Notes: generated by a model from the letters alone, not told the origin. Positions 20,134-30,250 are shown, numbered from the stretch's first letter. The stretch is 64,000 bases of DNA from an uncultured Lachnospiraceae bacterium (GCA_902766425.1 CACXDS010000224.1:130-64129), one strand, 5' to 3'. Numbers and translations: made by a program.

Positions 20134-21192
20134 TCAAGCCAACTCTCCGCTAATGTGCTTTCTTCGCAATTGTCCGCAGGCACCGTCAATATCCCTGCCC
20201 ATTTCTCTTCTAATTGTAACATTTATTTTGTTTCTTTCAAGCTTATTTTTAAAGGCGATCACTCTCTTTGTCTCCGATTGCACATAATTCCTTTCTTTGA
20301 TAGGATTGACCGGAATCAGATTAATATGACAATTCAATGGTTTGGCCAATTCAGTCAATTCTTCTGCGTCCCGATCTGTATCATTGACTCCCCCTACCAG
20401 GCTGTATTCAAAGGTGATCCTCCGCCCCGTTTTGCAGAAATAATTCTCGCAGGCATCCATCAACTCCCGAATGGAATACCGATTGGCAATGGGCATAAGA
20501 CTGCGTCTTTTCTCATCATTTGAGGCATGAAGGCTAAGGGCAAGCGTGATCTGAAGCTTTTCCTCTGCCAGCCTGTACATTTCAGGGACCAAACCGCATG
20601 TGGAGACCGTAATATTTCGCTGACTGATGTGTAACCCGTTTTCATCCGAAAGTAATCTGATAAACCGAAGAAGATTCTCATAGTTATCCAAGGGTTCCCC
20701 CGTCCCCATCACCACCACATTGCTGACTCTCTCTCCGGTATGCCTGGTAATGGCATAGACCTGCTCCAATATTTCCGATGGCGTAAGATTTCGCTCCAGG
20801 CCGTCCAATGTTGAGGCGCAGAAACGGCATCCCATGCGACACCCCACCTGTGAGGATACGCAGACACTGTTTCCATGCTGATAGCGCATCCAGACACTTT
20901 CCACCACATTACCGTCCCGAAGTGCAAACAAATATTTTCTGGTCCCGTCCAGCTTTGATTCCTGCACTCTGATCAAGCTCAAGCTGCAATACCAAAAATT
21001 CTTATTGCATAAATCTTTCAGCGTATGAGAGATATTGGTCATCTCCTCGTAGCTCACCGCCAGCTTGACATGCATCCATTGATAGAGCTGATCCGCCCGA
21101 AACGCCTTCTCCCCCAGAGAGACAAGAACCACCCTAAGCTCCTCCAGAGTCATGGACTTCAGATCCTGCATTTTCCCTTTCTCCAGTTCCAC
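20134..21192 (-). CDS. rlmN: 23S rRNA (adenine-2503-C2)-methyltransferase
   Basis: CVSSQVGCRMGCRFC, MGTGEP, SLHA, DIDGACGQL. Confidence 0.96.
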   Translation of the reverse strand: MELEKGKMQDLKSMTLEELRVVLVSLGEKAFRADQLYQWMHVKLAVSYEEMTNISHTLKDLCNKNFWYCSLSLIRVQESKLDGTRKYLFALRDGNVVESVWMRYQHGNSVCVSSQVGCRMGCRFCASTLDGLERNLTPSEILEQVYAITRHTGERVSNVVVMGTGEPLDNYENLLRFIRLLSDENGLHISQRNITVSTCGLVPEMYRLAEEKLQITLALSLHASNDEKRRSLMPIANRYSIRELMDACENYFCKTGRRITFEYSLVGGVNDTDRDAEELTELAKPLNCHINLIPVNPIKERNYVQSETKRVIAFKNKLERNKINVTIRREMGRDIDGACGQLRRKHISGELA

Positions 21193-21204
21193 CCTGTGAC
21201 GCCC

Positions 21205-22599
21205 TCACTCTCTTTTTCTTCGTAGTTTTGCAAAAAAGAACCCGTCCATATCCATAATTCCTGGAAGTATTTGTGCGCAGGAAGCCTCCGCATTCTCCGA
21301 AAGCTTTCTGTTTCTGATTTTCCGCTCTGCCAGGATTCCTTCCCGAAGCTTTGCATCCATATCCTGCAATATGGGCACAGGCTCCAGCGAAAATTCGGAA
21401 AGCATCCATTCCAGCATACCCTGATTTTCCTCCCAGCGGATCGTGCAGGTACTGTACAGCAGGATCCCTCCCAGTTTCACATACTGCCATGCATTCCGGA
21501 TGATCTCCTTCTGCAAGTCTTCCAGCTCTTTTACGCCATCCGGGGTAACTCGATATTTGATATCCCTCTTTTTACCCACAACTCCCAGTCCCGAACAGGG
21601 AACATCCAGAATCACCACATCCGCCTTGCCGAAAAGCTCCGGCTTGGGCTCTCTTGCATCCCAGACAATCGTTTCAATATTATTCTGCCCCGTCCGCCGG
21701 ATATTCTCTCTGATCTTTTCCACCTTGTTCTCAGAGACATCCCCTGCAAGTACCTTTCCATCGGGAGAAGCAAATTCCGCAGCCAGAATGGTCTTCCCCC
21801 CGGGTGCCGCGCAGACATCGATCACAAAATCCCCCGGCTGTATCCCGGCTGTCAAAACAGCAAGCACCGAGCTGGCATCCTGTACGATCACCTTTCCATC
21901 CCGAAAGGGTTGAATTTTTCCGAGGTCATCCGCATTTGTAGCCCAATACACCTCCGGCACATAGGGATTAGCCTTTAAATCAATTCCTGCTTCTCCGAGC
22001 TGTGAAACCACTTGTTCTCTGCTTTTTTTTCCTGTTATCGTCAATCGAAGCGATACAGGATGAATCTCTAATAATGCTTTTAAAATTTTCTCTGCACCAG
22101 TCTCACCGTACTCCTTGCGCCACATCTCCGTGATCCATTCCGGCATGGAATATCGTACACAAAGATAAGCCAGATTCTCCTTTTGAGAATCTGGCAGCGG
22201 TAACTGCGCCTTGTCCCGGGCAATTTTTCTTAGAACAGCATTGACAAATCCCTTGAGATTTTGAAATTTTCTTTTGGCGGCCAATTTACAGGCCTCATTG
22301 CAAACTGCACTGTCCGGAGTACCATCCATATAGAGAAGCTGATAAACACTCATCCTCATCAAGGACCGAATGAGAGGTTTCATTTTCTTAACCGGAACAG
22401 TGGAATAATGATCAAGATAATAGTCCAGTTCCATCCTGCGCTCGATGGTCCCCTCAGTGACACGCTTAATAAAAGCCTTCTCCTTGGAATCCAGATAGTC
22501 ATATTTATCCAAAACATCCCGAAGCAATTGGTGCGAAAATGCTTCTCCCCGCTCCAGTGCGATCAGAGTATCCAGCACGATCTCCCTGGTATTTTCCAT
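21205..22599 (-). CDS. rsmB: 16S rRNA (cytosine-967-C5)-methyltransferase
   Basis: NusB-like N-terminus, VQDASS, DVCAAPGGKT, DVPCSGLG, YSTCT, DGFF. Confidence 0.95.
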   Translation of the reverse strand: MENTREIVLDTLIALERGEAFSHQLLRDVLDKYDYLDSKEKAFIKRVTEGTIERRMELDYYLDHYSTVPVKKMKPLIRSLMRMSVYQLLYMDGTPDSAVCNEACKLAAKRKFQNLKGFVNAVLRKIARDKAQLPLPDSQKENLAYLCVRYSMPEWITEMWRKEYGETGAEKILKALLEIHPVSLRLTITGKKSREQVVSQLGEAGIDLKANPYVPEVYWATNADDLGKIQPFRDGKVIVQDASSVLAVLTAGIQPGDFVIDVCAAPGGKTILAAEFASPDGKVLAGDVSENKVEKIRENIRRTGQNNIETIVWDAREPKPELFGKADVVILDVPCSGLGVVGKKRDIKYRVTPDGVKELEDLQKEIIRNAWQYVKLGGILLYSTCTIRWEENQGMLEWMLSEFSLEPVPILQDMDAKLREGILAERKIRNRKLSENAEASCAQILPGIMDMDGFFFAKLRRKRE

Positions 22600-22660
22600 C
22601 TGTCTGCTCCTGTCATCCCTTTTTATTTGTTTCTCACATATCATACCGTGATGAAGGATA

Positions 22661-23596
22661 TCAATTGGCCCCCAGGATATCCCCCGGCTTTAGCTGCACT
22701 CCCAGGAGGAAATCCCTGCTGCTCATCCTCTTCTTTCCTTCCAACTGAACTTCCCAGATATCAAGTACTCCCCGCCCTGTCGCAACGGTAAAGTGATCCT
22801 TTGATACCTCTATCACCTCTCCCGGAGCTCCCGACTTTTCCGTTTCCTTTGGTCTGGCCCGCCATAGCTTTAATTGTTTCCCCCGCCATGTAGTATAAGC
22901 ACTTGGCCATGGATTCATTCCTCTGATCTGCCTGTCAATGGCAAAGGCATCTCTGCTAAAATCGATTCTCCCCATCTCTTTTTGGATCAGGGGTGCATAA
23001 TTACTCTTTTCATCGTCCTGAGGCGTTGCTTTGAGCCTTCCCTGCTCCAAAAGCGTAAGCGCCTCTACAATGGTTTCTCCCCCAAGCTTCATCAGAGCCT
23101 GCTCAAGGCTTTCGTAGGTGTCATCTTCTCTGATGACAATTTCCTTTTGGTAGAGAATATCCCCTGTATCCAGACCTGCGTTCATCTGCATGATCGTTAT
23201 GCCGGTCTTTTCTTCCCCATCGAGGATCACATGCTGAATGGGCGATGCCCCGCGATACTTTGGCAATAAAGAAGCATGTACATTAAGGCAACCAAGGCTT
23301 GGCATGTCTAAGATTTCCTGGGAAAGAATCTGCCCGAATGCCGCCACCACAAACAAATCCGCATTCTGCTTCTTCAACTCCTCCACTGCCTCAGGCCTTT
23401 TGATTCGCTCCGGCTGAAAAACCGTAATTCCGTGCTCCAATGCACAGACCTTCACAGGCGTGGGAACAGTCTGCCCGCTTCTACCCTTTGGTTTATCCGG
23501 CTGCGTTACAACCATAAGGATCTCATGTCCCGCTCCGATCAACGCTTCCAGCGTTCCCACGGCAAAATCCGGAGTGCCCATAAATACGATCCTCAT
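22661..23596 (-). CDS. fmt: Methionyl-tRNA formyltransferase
   Basis: MRIVFMGTPDFA, NVHASLLPKYRGASPI. Confidence 0.97.
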   Translation of the reverse strand: MRIVFMGTPDFAVGTLEALIGAGHEILMVVTQPDKPKGRSGQTVPTPVKVCALEHGITVFQPERIKRPEAVEELKKQNADLFVVAAFGQILSQEILDMPSLGCLNVHASLLPKYRGASPIQHVILDGEEKTGITIMQMNAGLDTGDILYQKEIVIREDDTYESLEQALMKLGGETIVEALTLLEQGRLKATPQDDEKSNYAPLIQKEMGRIDFSRDAFAIDRQIRGMNPWPSAYTTWRGKQLKLWRARPKETEKSGAPGEVIEVSKDHFTVATGRGVLDIWEVQLEGKKRMSSRDFLLGVQLKPGDILGAN

Positions 23597-24078
23597 TCCT
23601 CTTCTTCCCCCTCCTGCTGCACCACATCATGGAGTTCTCCCTCCACCTTTTCCACATAGAGATGCCCGTCCAGATGATCCAGTTCATGACAGATTGCCCT
23701 GGCAAGGAGCTCATCTCCCTCAATCTCGTAAAGCTTCATGTTAATGTCATAGGCCTGCGCCTTTACATGAGCCGGCCTGGTGACAATGCCGCTTTTTCCA
23801 GGTATGCTAAGGCACCCCTCCGGGCCTGTCTGCTCGCCATCCGTCTCAATAATCTTGGGGTTGATCAGAATATAGGGATCCTCCCCCGTTACATCGATCA
23901 CAACGATCCTTTTTAAAATCCCAACCTGAGGTGCCGCCAGTCCCACCCCGTTCGCCTCATACATGGTATCCAGCATGTCTTCTACAAGCTCTCTGATTCT
24001 GGGGGTAATTTCCTTTACCTCTTTGCAATTTTTTTCCAAGATAGGATCCCCTATCTCTCTGATATTACGAATTGCCAT
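23593..24078 (-). CDS. def: Peptide deformylase
   Basis: GVGLAAPQVG, EGCLSIP, HELDHLDG. Confidence 0.97.
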   Translation of the reverse strand: MAIRNIREIGDPILEKNCKEVKEITPRIRELVEDMLDTMYEANGVGLAAPQVGILKRIVVIDVTGEDPYILINPKIIETDGEQTGPEGCLSIPGKSGIVTRPAHVKAQAYDINMKLYEIEGDELLARAICHELDHLDGHLYVEKVEGELHDVVQQEGEEEE

Positions 24079-24136
24079 TACTACTTGTCCTTTCTATTCT
24101 GTATATAAATTTCATAATAACAAATACTGCTTTTCA

Positions 24137-24191
24137 ATGCGAAGGCATCTTCCCAATTCGCGCCTTGCGCGAATCGGGCCCATCCTTCTGC
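24137..24191. repeat. Interspersed hairpin repeat related to 3778-3841
   Basis: atgcgaaggcatc identical to 3803-3815, inner hairpin attcgcgc-ctt-gcgcgaat, ends ccttctgc. Confidence 0.6.
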
Positions 24192-24194
24192 TAA

Positions 24195-26429
24195 TTATAT
24201 CACATTTAGGGGGTTGAAATCAAATTGTATGTTTTCGTTTCGAAGGTTTAGTGTTTCTGCCCTGTTCTCCAACAGATCCTTGATCTCCACCAAAATACTA
24301 TAATCCTCAGATTTTATATAAAGAACATGGCGATAGACATCATTGATCCGGCTGATGGAAGCTGCACTGGGACCAAGCAAAATATAATCCTGTGCCGTTC
24401 TCTCCCTGCGGAGATACTCTGCCAATTGCTCTGCCAACTCCTCTCCTGATTTTTCTGTTGCCGAAAAAATCTGTACCGCCAGAAGATTAGATACCGGAGG
24501 ATATCCACCCAACTCCCGAAACAAAATCTCTTCCTGATAAAATCCCTCATAATCCTGCTCCTTTGCCCGCAGGACTGCATAATTATCCGGCTGATAAGTC
24601 TGAATCACGGCGTTCCCCGGCTGTAACCCTCGTCCGGCCCGCCCCACCGCCTGTGTCAGCAGTTGAAAGGTCCGTTCCTCGGCACGAAAATCCCCCATTC
24701 CTAGCGAAAGATCGGCCGCCAATACCCCCACCAGAGTCACATTGGGGAAATCATGCCCCTTGACGATCATCTGGGTCCCAATCAGCACATCCGCCTCCCC
24801 GTTGGCAAAAGAACTCAGTATGGTTTCATAACTGTCCTTGGTCTTTGTTGTATCACGATCCATTCTGAGTGTTCGAACAGAAGGATACATTTCCTTCAGC
24901 TTGTCCTCGATCTGTTGTGTGCCCGCTTTGAAGCCAAGAATATACTTGGAACCGCATTCCGGGCATACGCCGGGCTTTTCCGTCATATAGCCGCAATAAT
25001 GGCAGAGCATCCTCCCCCCCTTGTGCTCCGAGAGGGAGACATCACAGTGGGGGCATTTCATGACATAGCCGCAGCTTCTGCAGGATACAAAGCCTGCGTA
25101 GCCTCTGCGGTTCAAAAAAAGAATGATCTGCTGCCCTTTCTGTAATCTGTCCGCCATAAGCTCCTGCAGCCTTCTGCTAAAAATAGACCGATTCCCCTCT
25201 TTTAATTCCTGACGGAGATCCACAATCTCCACATCGGGCAGGGTTCCCCCGGTCAGGCGCTCTGTCAGCCTCCATAACCCATATTGCCCGTGCTCCGCCC
25301 GATAATATGCCTCTATGGAGGGAGTTGCACTTCCCAGAACCAGACTTGCTCCGCAGAGTCCCGCCAGATATTCCGCCGTCTCCCTGGCATGATATTTGGG
25401 AGATGTCTCGCTTTTATAGCTGGACTCATGCTCCTCATCGATCACGATCAAACCAAGATTCGGAAACGGCGTAAACAGAGCGGACCTCGGCCCGATGATC
25501 ACATCGATCTCACCTTTTTTGGCTCTCTCACATTGATCATATTTTTCACCGGCAGACAGAGTAGAATTCATCACACTTACCCGATCCCCAAAGCACTGAT
25601 AAAAGCGAAGCAATGTCTGATAGGTCAGTGCAATCTCCGGGATCAACACAATGACCTGTCTCCCCCTCTCCACTACTCCCCTCACCAGCCGAATGTAAAC
25701 CTCGGTTTTACCGCTGCCGGTAATGCCGTGAAGCAAATAGGTTTTTCGGACCTCTCCGTCATAATCGGCAAAGAAATCCGAAAGAATCCCTTGCTGCTCT
25801 TTGCTCAAGAGCTTTGCCTCCTCCTCCAATCTGAAAGCTCTGACCGGATTACGATACCCCGAACTGCTTTGAACAGACAGCGCCCCGGCCCTTTCCAGAC
25901 TTTGAATCGTCTGCCCCGACACATTCAGCTTACCCGTTACCCACTCATAGGGTATGCTCTCCTGATCCAGCAAAGCCTCCAAAAGTCTGGCTCTTGCCAC
26001 TTGCTTCTTTCGCTTGCTCTCCCCCAGCATTGAAAAGAGCTCTTCTCTTCCAAGCCTGCGGAGGATCACTCTTTTTTCAAGCTTCTTTACCGCTTTCCTG
26101 GGTGGAAGAACTGTTTTTAACGCCTGGATCATGGTAGAACCGTATTGCTCCCGCATCCAGACTGCCAGCGCAATGCTTCTCCCCTCGCTATCTGAATCCG
26201 CTACATAGACTCCCTGAATATCCTTCGTCTTTGCCGGATCAAATTTGCTGATCTCGCTCAACCCTATACAATATCCCTGTATCAGCCTGTCGCCTGCACC
26301 AAAAGGGATCTGCACACGCATACCGGGCTTGAGCTTTTCCTGCAGCCCCTCCGGAACCCTATACTGAAACGGTCTATCCAATTGTTCATGTGATATATCA
26401 ACAATCACATCCGCATACAATACACTCAC
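24195..26429 (-). CDS. priA: Primosomal protein N'
   Basis: GITGSGKTE, DEEH, CxxC zinc motifs, QAVGRAGR. Confidence 0.96.
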   Translation of the reverse strand: MSVLYADVIVDISHEQLDRPFQYRVPEGLQEKLKPGMRVQIPFGAGDRLIQGYCIGLSEISKFDPAKTKDIQGVYVADSDSEGRSIALAVWMREQYGSTMIQALKTVLPPRKAVKKLEKRVILRRLGREELFSMLGESKRKKQVARARLLEALLDQESIPYEWVTGKLNVSGQTIQSLERAGALSVQSSSGYRNPVRAFRLEEEAKLLSKEQQGILSDFFADYDGEVRKTYLLHGITGSGKTEVYIRLVRGVVERGRQVIVLIPEIALTYQTLLRFYQCFGDRVSVMNSTLSAGEKYDQCERAKKGEIDVIIGPRSALFTPFPNLGLIVIDEEHESSYKSETSPKYHARETAEYLAGLCGASLVLGSATPSIEAYYRAEHGQYGLWRLTERLTGGTLPDVEIVDLRQELKEGNRSIFSRRLQELMADRLQKGQQIILFLNRRGYAGFVSCRSCGYVMKCPHCDVSLSEHKGGRMLCHYCGYMTEKPGVCPECGSKYILGFKAGTQQIEDKLKEMYPSVRTLRMDRDTTKTKDSYETILSSFANGEADVLIGTQMIVKGHDFPNVTLVGVLAADLSLGMGDFRAEERTFQLLTQAVGRAGRGLQPGNAVIQTYQPDNYAVLRAKEQDYEGFYQEEILFRELGGYPPVSNLLAVQIFSATEKSGEELAEQLAEYLRRERTAQDYILLGPSAASISRINDVYRHVLYIKSEDYSILVEIKDLLENRAETLNLRNENIQFDFNPLNVI

Positions 26430-27918
26430 CTTGTAAAATCCCCCGCACTATTTTTCTTTCGTCCATGGGGTAAAAGCACCCTCCGATCTCTTGCTCGGTC
26501 TCGTGACCCTTCCCTGCCAGAACGATCAGATCACCTTTTTGGGCTAAGGAAAGGCAATAGGCAATGGCTTCACGCCTCCCGGGGATGACTGCATATTCTC
26601 CCCCCACGGCCTCCACTCCTTCTTTGATCTGCTCCCGTATTTTCGCCGGATCCTCGCTCCGGGGATTGTCATCCGTAATAATGGTAAAATCCGCAAGTCG
26701 TCCGCTGATCTCTCCCATTGCCCTCCTCCTCAAAACCGGACGATCACCCCCGCATCCGAAGAGACAGATCAATCTCTTAGGGTGATAAATCTTCAGGGAT
26801 TCCAATAAGCTTCCCAGAGCCATCGGATTATGGGCATAATCGATCAAAATCACATAATCCCTTCCGGTAGGAACCGATTCGATTCTGCCCCTGACCTTAG
26901 CGGCCAACAGGGATCTCTGTATATCGCTTTCCCGTACCCGAAAATGCCTGCAGATGGAAATCGCCGCCAAGGCATTATAAACGCTGAAGCTTCCGGGCAA
27001 AGGAAGATACGCTTGAAAATCCATTGCTCCCTTCACCTGAAAAGAAACTCCAAGCCGACCATCCTTCATGATGAACTGAAGCTGATCCGCCCATAATTGA
27101 TTTTTGTGATCCAATCCATAGGTCTCAATCCGGCAGGTATGCCCCGCAGTAACCTTTTCCGCATAGGAATCATCCCCATTGATCAGACCAATCTCACACT
27201 GCCGAAAGAGCTGACTCTTGCATTCCAAATACTCTTGAAAATCCCGATGCTCCGACGGCGAGATATGATCCGGTGACAAATTGGTAAAAATGCCGTAATC
27301 AAAAAAAATACCTTCCGTTCTGTGAAGCTTGAGCGCCTGTGAAGATACTTCCATCACTACAGTATCCGCTCCCTCGTCGACCATCTCACCCAGATATTTC
27401 TGTAACAAGAGTGATTCCGGCGTTGTGTTCAGGGCATGCATATGTTTTCTGCCGATAATGACTTCATTGGTGCCGATCAGACCGACCCGTCTTCCCGCAT
27501 TTTCCAGAATAGATTTGATCAGATAAGAGGTAGTGGTCTTTCCCTTCGTCCCCGTGATGCCGATGGTCTTTAGCCGTTCGGACGGATTTCCATACCATTT
27601 CGCACCGATCCGTGCAAGTGCCGTTCTGGTATTCTCCGCAAGAACGACCGCCCTGCAGCCAATGCCCTCTCTCTTGCAGAGCTCCCTGAGCATTCCTATA
27701 AAGGACTCGTCTTTCCGGCAAATCACAAGTGCCCGGGCGCCATTCTCCAAAGCCTCTGTAGCAAACTCATGCCCATCACAGTGCGCGCCTTCCATGCATA
27801 CAAAGAGATCCCCTGTTTTTACTTTGCGCGAATCCATGGCCACCCCAAGAATTATCGTATCTTCCTCCCCCCATAGAAGCCTTGCCTCCACCCCTTTCAA
27901 CAGATCCCTTAAGAGCAT
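26398..27918 (-). CDS. murE: UDP-N-acetylmuramoyl-L-alanyl-D-glutamate--2,6-diaminopimelate ligase
   Basis: DSR, GITGTKGKTT, TTPES, MEVSS, DYAH, DNPR (meso-DAP specificity), AGKGHE. Confidence 0.93.
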   Translation of the reverse strand: MLLRDLLKGVEARLLWGEEDTIILGVAMDSRKVKTGDLFVCMEGAHCDGHEFATEALENGARALVICRKDESFIGMLRELCKREGIGCRAVVLAENTRTALARIGAKWYGNPSERLKTIGITGTKGKTTTSYLIKSILENAGRRVGLIGTNEVIIGRKHMHALNTTPESLLLQKYLGEMVDEGADTVVMEVSSQALKLHRTEGIFFDYGIFTNLSPDHISPSEHRDFQEYLECKSQLFRQCEIGLINGDDSYAEKVTAGHTCRIETYGLDHKNQLWADQLQFIMKDGRLGVSFQVKGAMDFQAYLPLPGSFSVYNALAAISICRHFRVRESDIQRSLLAAKVRGRIESVPTGRDYVILIDYAHNPMALGSLLESLKIYHPKRLICLFGCGGDRPVLRRRAMGEISGRLADFTIITDDNPRSEDPAKIREQIKEGVEAVGGEYAVIPGRREAIAYCLSLAQKGDLIVLAGKGHETEQEIGGCFYPMDERKIVRGILQGECIVCGCDC

Positions 27919-27994
27919 ACCTGACCCTTCCATTACTTTATCATATCCCCATTTTCCATTCAAGCCTTATTCCATTTTATGCGAGTACTCCGAG

Positions 27995-28033
27995 AAAAAA
28001 TGAAAGAGCCGCACAATTCAGTGCGGCTCTTTC
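27995..28033 (-). terminator. Intrinsic terminator
   Basis: 13-bp perfect stem gaaagagccgcac/gtgcggctctttc with a T6 tail on the minus strand. Confidence 0.85.
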
Positions 28034-28108
28034 GCTTTATGAGGGGGGAGATAGTTAAGTTAATTAACTATCTGAAGTAATTCTAACGAAGTTTTGTGAA
28101 CACTCTGT
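27995..28108 (-). ncRNA. Candidate small RNA (about 80-115 nt)
   Basis: Consensus promoter upstream, 5' hairpin 28049-28073, C-rich CUCCCCCCUCAU segment, terminator, no ORF. Confidence 0.45.
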
Positions 28109-28114
28109 GTTTAA

Positions 28115-28142
28115 ATTATAAAAAAATAAAGAAATATGTCAA
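28115..28142 (-). promoter_or_regulatory. Sigma-A consensus promoter
   Basis: TTGACA (28142-28137)-N16-TATAAT (28120-28115). Confidence 0.65.
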
Positions 28143-28175
28143 ATTTATGAAGATATAACGTTTTACCAAACCTGC

Positions 28176-30017
28176 TTATCGATAATGCTTCATCAATAAC
28201 TGTATTTCCTGATTTCCCCTGTATTCATTCAAGGAGAGCTGATAGACCACATGCAGGGAATGCGACTCCCTGCCACTCATCATTCTCTCGCCGCTGCCCT
28301 CTCCGAATCTTTCCTCCCAGTCCGCCAGAAAAGCATCCATATCCCCAAAATACACAAGGTTCCGTCTGCATCCATTCTCGGCGCAAACCTCAAATCTTCC
28401 ATATTTTCCGTCCTTCCCCATCCTTTTACCGGACAGAAAGCTGAGATCTCTTTGCACAAAAAGCGGCTTCGGATTTCCCAGTCCAAAGGGCTCCAGCAGC
28501 TCCATCTGATTGACAAGCTTCACATTGGGATAGCTGATGGGCAGTTCCATATCTATGGATACACTCTGGATAAAATCCTCATCCTTCAGCGTACATCTCT
28601 CCAGCAGTTCCTTGCGAAAACTTTCTATGTTTTTTTCCTCCAGAGAAAACCCCGCCGCCAGCTTATGCCCGCCGAATTTTGTCAAAAGGTATTCCACGGA
28701 GCAAAGTGCTTCATACATATGATACTGCTCAATGGATCTTCCAGAGCCCTTTATTCCCTCTTCTCCTCTGGTCAGAATAAAGGTTGGACGACCATATTGC
28801 TCTTTGATTCTTCCGGCGATAATGCCGGCCAGACTCTCGTGCACCTCAGGCAGATAAACTACAAGCACCTTGTCCTTCTCCATCCCCTTCTCCAAAATCA
28901 TCTTCCGGGCCTTGGCAGTTCCCATTTCCGTGAGATTTTTTCTGCTTTCATTCAAAGCCTTCAAATCTCCCGCAATCACAATCGCTCCGGCTTCATCACT
29001 GCAGAACAATAATTCCATCGCTTTTTGCGCCGTATCCATCCTGCCCGTGGCGTTAAGGCAGGGACCGAGCACAAATCCGAAATGATATGCGGAGAGATGA
29101 TCCGGATCGATTCCACAGACATTGATCAATGCCTTTAAGCCGGGATTTTGGGAATGACGCATTTTTTGAATTCCGGCTCTCACAATGATCCTGTTTTCAT
29201 CCTTGAGCTCCATTACATCGCAGACTGTGGCAAGCGCTGCAAATTCCACAAACATATCCAAACTATCCTTGAGAGAAGTCACGCGCTCCGGAATTGCCTC
29301 ACCTTTCGTCTCAAGGCCGTCAAGGGAATGCTTCCCGTTAAGGGGATGCTTCCCCTCCAGCGTCTCCCACACCGCCTGCATGAGCTTATATGCCACGACT
29401 GCGCCGCATATTCCATCAAAAGGATATGTATCCTCCATCCTCTTGGGATCCACTATGGCCAGGGCCTCAGGGAGAATTTCCTTCTTGACTCCGTTCTCCG
29501 TTTCAAAGGGCACTTCATGATGATCTGTTACGATCACCTCCATCCCTAGGGTTTTTGCATAATCGATCTGGCTTTTGGCCGAGATTCCGTTATCACAGGT
29601 CAAGATCAATTGAACTCCATCCTGCGATGCGTTCTGGATCAAATGCTCGTTTAAACCATATCCGTCATGGATCCTGTGGGGTATGGCATAATCCACACTA
29701 CCTCCAAGACTTTCAATTCCCCTTGTTAAAATATAGGTGGAGCAGATCCCATCCACATCATAATCCCCTATGACACGAATTCTTTTTCCCTGCTTCAAGG
29801 CCTGCAAAAGACTGCACACTGCAGCTTCCATGTCCTTAAGCAACCATGGTGAATGACAATCCCCAAGCTCCCCTCGCAGAAACTCTGCGGCCTCCTGCGC
29901 ACTGTGCATTTCCCGATTTCTTAAGATTCTCGCGATCACCGGATCAATCCCAAGATCATCCGCCCAAGCGCGAAAATCCGCCCACTTTGTCTTGACAAAC
30001 CATTTTTCCGCATGCAT
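28176..30017 (-). CDS. recJ: Single-stranded-DNA-specific exonuclease
   Basis: GDYDVDG, GYGLN, TCDNG, TDHH, NATGR, GSGRS, GGHKLAAG. Confidence 0.96.
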   Translation of the reverse strand: MHAEKWFVKTKWADFRAWADDLGIDPVIARILRNREMHSAQEAAEFLRGELGDCHSPWLLKDMEAAVCSLLQALKQGKRIRVIGDYDVDGICSTYILTRGIESLGGSVDYAIPHRIHDGYGLNEHLIQNASQDGVQLILTCDNGISAKSQIDYAKTLGMEVIVTDHHEVPFETENGVKKEILPEALAIVDPKRMEDTYPFDGICGAVVAYKLMQAVWETLEGKHPLNGKHSLDGLETKGEAIPERVTSLKDSLDMFVEFAALATVCDVMELKDENRIIVRAGIQKMRHSQNPGLKALINVCGIDPDHLSAYHFGFVLGPCLNATGRMDTAQKAMELLFCSDEAGAIVIAGDLKALNESRKNLTEMGTAKARKMILEKGMEKDKVLVVYLPEVHESLAGIIAGRIKEQYGRPTFILTRGEEGIKGSGRSIEQYHMYEALCSVEYLLTKFGGHKLAAGFSLEEKNIESFRKELLERCTLKDEDFIQSVSIDMELPISYPNVKLVNQMELLEPFGLGNPKPLFVQRDLSFLSGKRMGKDGKYGRFEVCAENGCRRNLVYFGDMDAFLADWEERFGEGSGERMMSGRESHSLHVVYQLSLNEYRGNQEIQLLMKHYR

Positions 30018-30080
30018 AGCGCACCGCTCCTTCCTTATCCCTATTTGTCATAAATGAATTCCAAGCACAATCCAAATCCT

Positions 30081-30194
30081 GAACAATGGATTCCTTTTCA
30101 TGCATGAATCCTCATTCAGAGCAATGGATTCCTTTCTACGCACGAATTCTCATTCAGAACAATGGATTCCTTCCCATGTATGAATTCATATTCG
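30081..30194. repeat. Degenerate tandem repeat, 3 x 38 bp
   Basis: Units gaacaatggattccttttcatgcatgaatcctcattca / gagcaatggattcctttctacgcacgaattctcattca / gaacaatggattccttcccatgtatgaattcatattcg. Confidence 0.9.
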
Positions 30195-30215
30195 GAATTT
30201 GTATGATCATTCGAC

Positions 30216-30250
30216 AAAAAACCTGCAGAGCCTTTCTTAAGCCCTGCAGG
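30216..30250 (-). terminator. Terminator after secDF
   Basis: cctgcagagc...gccctgcagg stem with T6 on the minus strand. Confidence 0.7.

Noticed and set aside
30081-30194. Possible mini-CRISPR array
   Set aside because: The units are contiguous and the variable parts are homologous to each other, so there are no unique spacers. No cas genes are in the window.
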